The translations under genes were made by a program, and so were the position numbers. Below, one piece after another: positions 62,369 through 64,000 of a stretch of 64,000 nucleotides of DNA; the first letter of the stretch is position 1, and each line of letters begins with the position of its first letter. Source of the DNA: Sphagnum compactum (taxonomy: Eukaryota); NCBI GenBank assembly GCA_965153455.1, contig OZ234493.1, positions 10,468,213 to 10,532,212 of the forward strand, written 5' to 3'. A model generated the notes under the pieces. It saw only the letters and a list, made by a program, of their open reading frames with translations. It was not told the origin of the DNA and ran no database searches.

Positions 62369-64000
62369 ATGTGCACATAGTTGTAATTGTGTGTAGTGCA
62401 AAAGTACTACCTTGCATGATTCTTTCCTTGGCTGCCCTTGGCCCGTTCCATCTTTTTCATCCAAAAAGATGGATGATGCACAGACACATGTTGGACCCTC
62501 GTTATGCATGCTTTAGGCTTGTAATGTTACACGAGGAACAAGCATTACACACATAAGCCTAAAACTTGCAGAACAGCACCCAAGGTGTATATGCGCAGCA
62601 CCACAAGATGTGTCTTGGCACCACCAGACACATCTTTGACAGGAAAACGGGCAGGGCAGTCAAAAAATTAAAAAAAGGGTACTACATGCAATAACAACTG
62701 TGCACAAATATTGTTATGGGAGTGAACCAGAGTTGCCAGTTCTCAGATTTGTGGAAGTTCAGGTCCAAGTTAGACATGAGATATTAAAATCTTTACATCA
62801 CAGATAATGAGTTTTGTTAGAACTATCCTTAGAGCCGAATAAAGCAACTAGCCTCTTTTCAAAATTCAACAAGAACCTGATCATGGAACATTGTCATGTT
62901 TTAAACAAGGTCAAATTCTCTAAACAAATAAGTATAACTCTATTAAAAAAGGTATAAGCTTGAGTTTAAATTTTAAGCAAGTTATTGCATTTAGTGATTA
63001 TACATAATTAATATTATATAATCTCTTTCTGGAACTGTGTGCATTAATTGCATCATTTAAGGTTACAAAATGTTTTTAAACAGTAATCGTGTGTAATGAA
63101 GATGGAACCAGACCTAGACTTTTATAACGTAAATTTTTTGTGAAAATGATTGAAATTGAAAGTTTTAAAATTTCAGGAAATGCATCTCAAGATTGTATCT
63201 TAGGTTTCATATTGAGGTTATCCGTAAAGTAAGGAAAACACAGCACCAGAGACCTGAGTTTGGTCATAAACAAGGTGAGATAAAAAAAAACCTAAAAATG
63301 AAAAAAAGGCATGAACATTCAAGGGGGGTAGGAGGGGGGAACTCAAAAAAGTCATCAATTTTGGTGATAGACTGAGTTCATTCTGTCTTCACCCCTCATT
63401 CCTTTTTCCCGAGCGCCTCCACTGCTGCTACATGTATTTTCAGTACATTATACTATAACTGTTCTCGAACCTTGTGTATTAAACATTTCATACCCAGATA
63501 TGTAATAAAATTTCTTTAATTTGCGATGGATATCATTGTTATAATCGTTCTTGAACCTTGTGCATTAAATCCTATGTTTCAACATTTCATATCCAGATTT
63601 AGTAAAATTTCCTTACTTTGTGGACACCACTGATTTGAAGGTTAAAAGAGGGGTGTGAGGATGAAAGGAGCCCCAAAGACAGAATGAAGACAGGATGACT
63701 TTACCAATAACTTTATTACCCAAAAAATAATTCTAGAACAAGGACTGAATATTCCTTTTGAAATCAAGAACCTAGCAACACTGGAGTGAACCAGCAAGCA
63801 CAAGAGCTGTAAACGCCTTGGTACTCGATTTCCCTTCAACTACAAAGTACTCCACTAAGCACTTCCCTCCCCCATCTCTCACTCCCCCCTCCAGAATTCC
63901 AAAGAACGGATCTCAACACCGGACCTTCGGTTCCATCAAAAACCAAGAACTAACAAGAGTTATAACCAGGACTGAAGGTTCCTTTTGAGATCAAGAACCA

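Overview
Eukaryotic, AT-rich, repeat-dense plant genomic DNA; the gene sequences and repeat landscape look bryophyte-like, possibly peat moss (inference only). Two intact genes are clear: a two-exon cytochrome P450 of the CYP78A family (7351-9321, +) and an intronless USE1-type Qc-SNARE (33694-34461, +). Gene-like material also includes a 369-codon orphan ORF convergent with USE1, an isolated delta-COP exon with intact splice sites, and a ~96% identical partial copy of the USE1 3' end 14 kb downstream. Most of the rest is mobile DNA: a decayed Ty3/gypsy LTR retrotransposon with an extra 3' ORF, split in pol by a CACTA insertion; a young 5'-truncated non-L1 LINE with a (GTAA)n tail; hAT-type MITEs with 8-bp TSDs; Tourist MITEs; Helitron-like ends; ~100-bp palindromic elements; and several minisatellites. 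The most unexpected signal is a decayed minus-strand reading frame at ~47.1-47.9 kb resembling the N-terminal half of a Crypton/DUF3504-type tyrosine recombinase, a class classically described outside land plants. No rRNA, tRNA or CRISPR array was recognised. Family assignments come from motif recognition by eye, not database searches.
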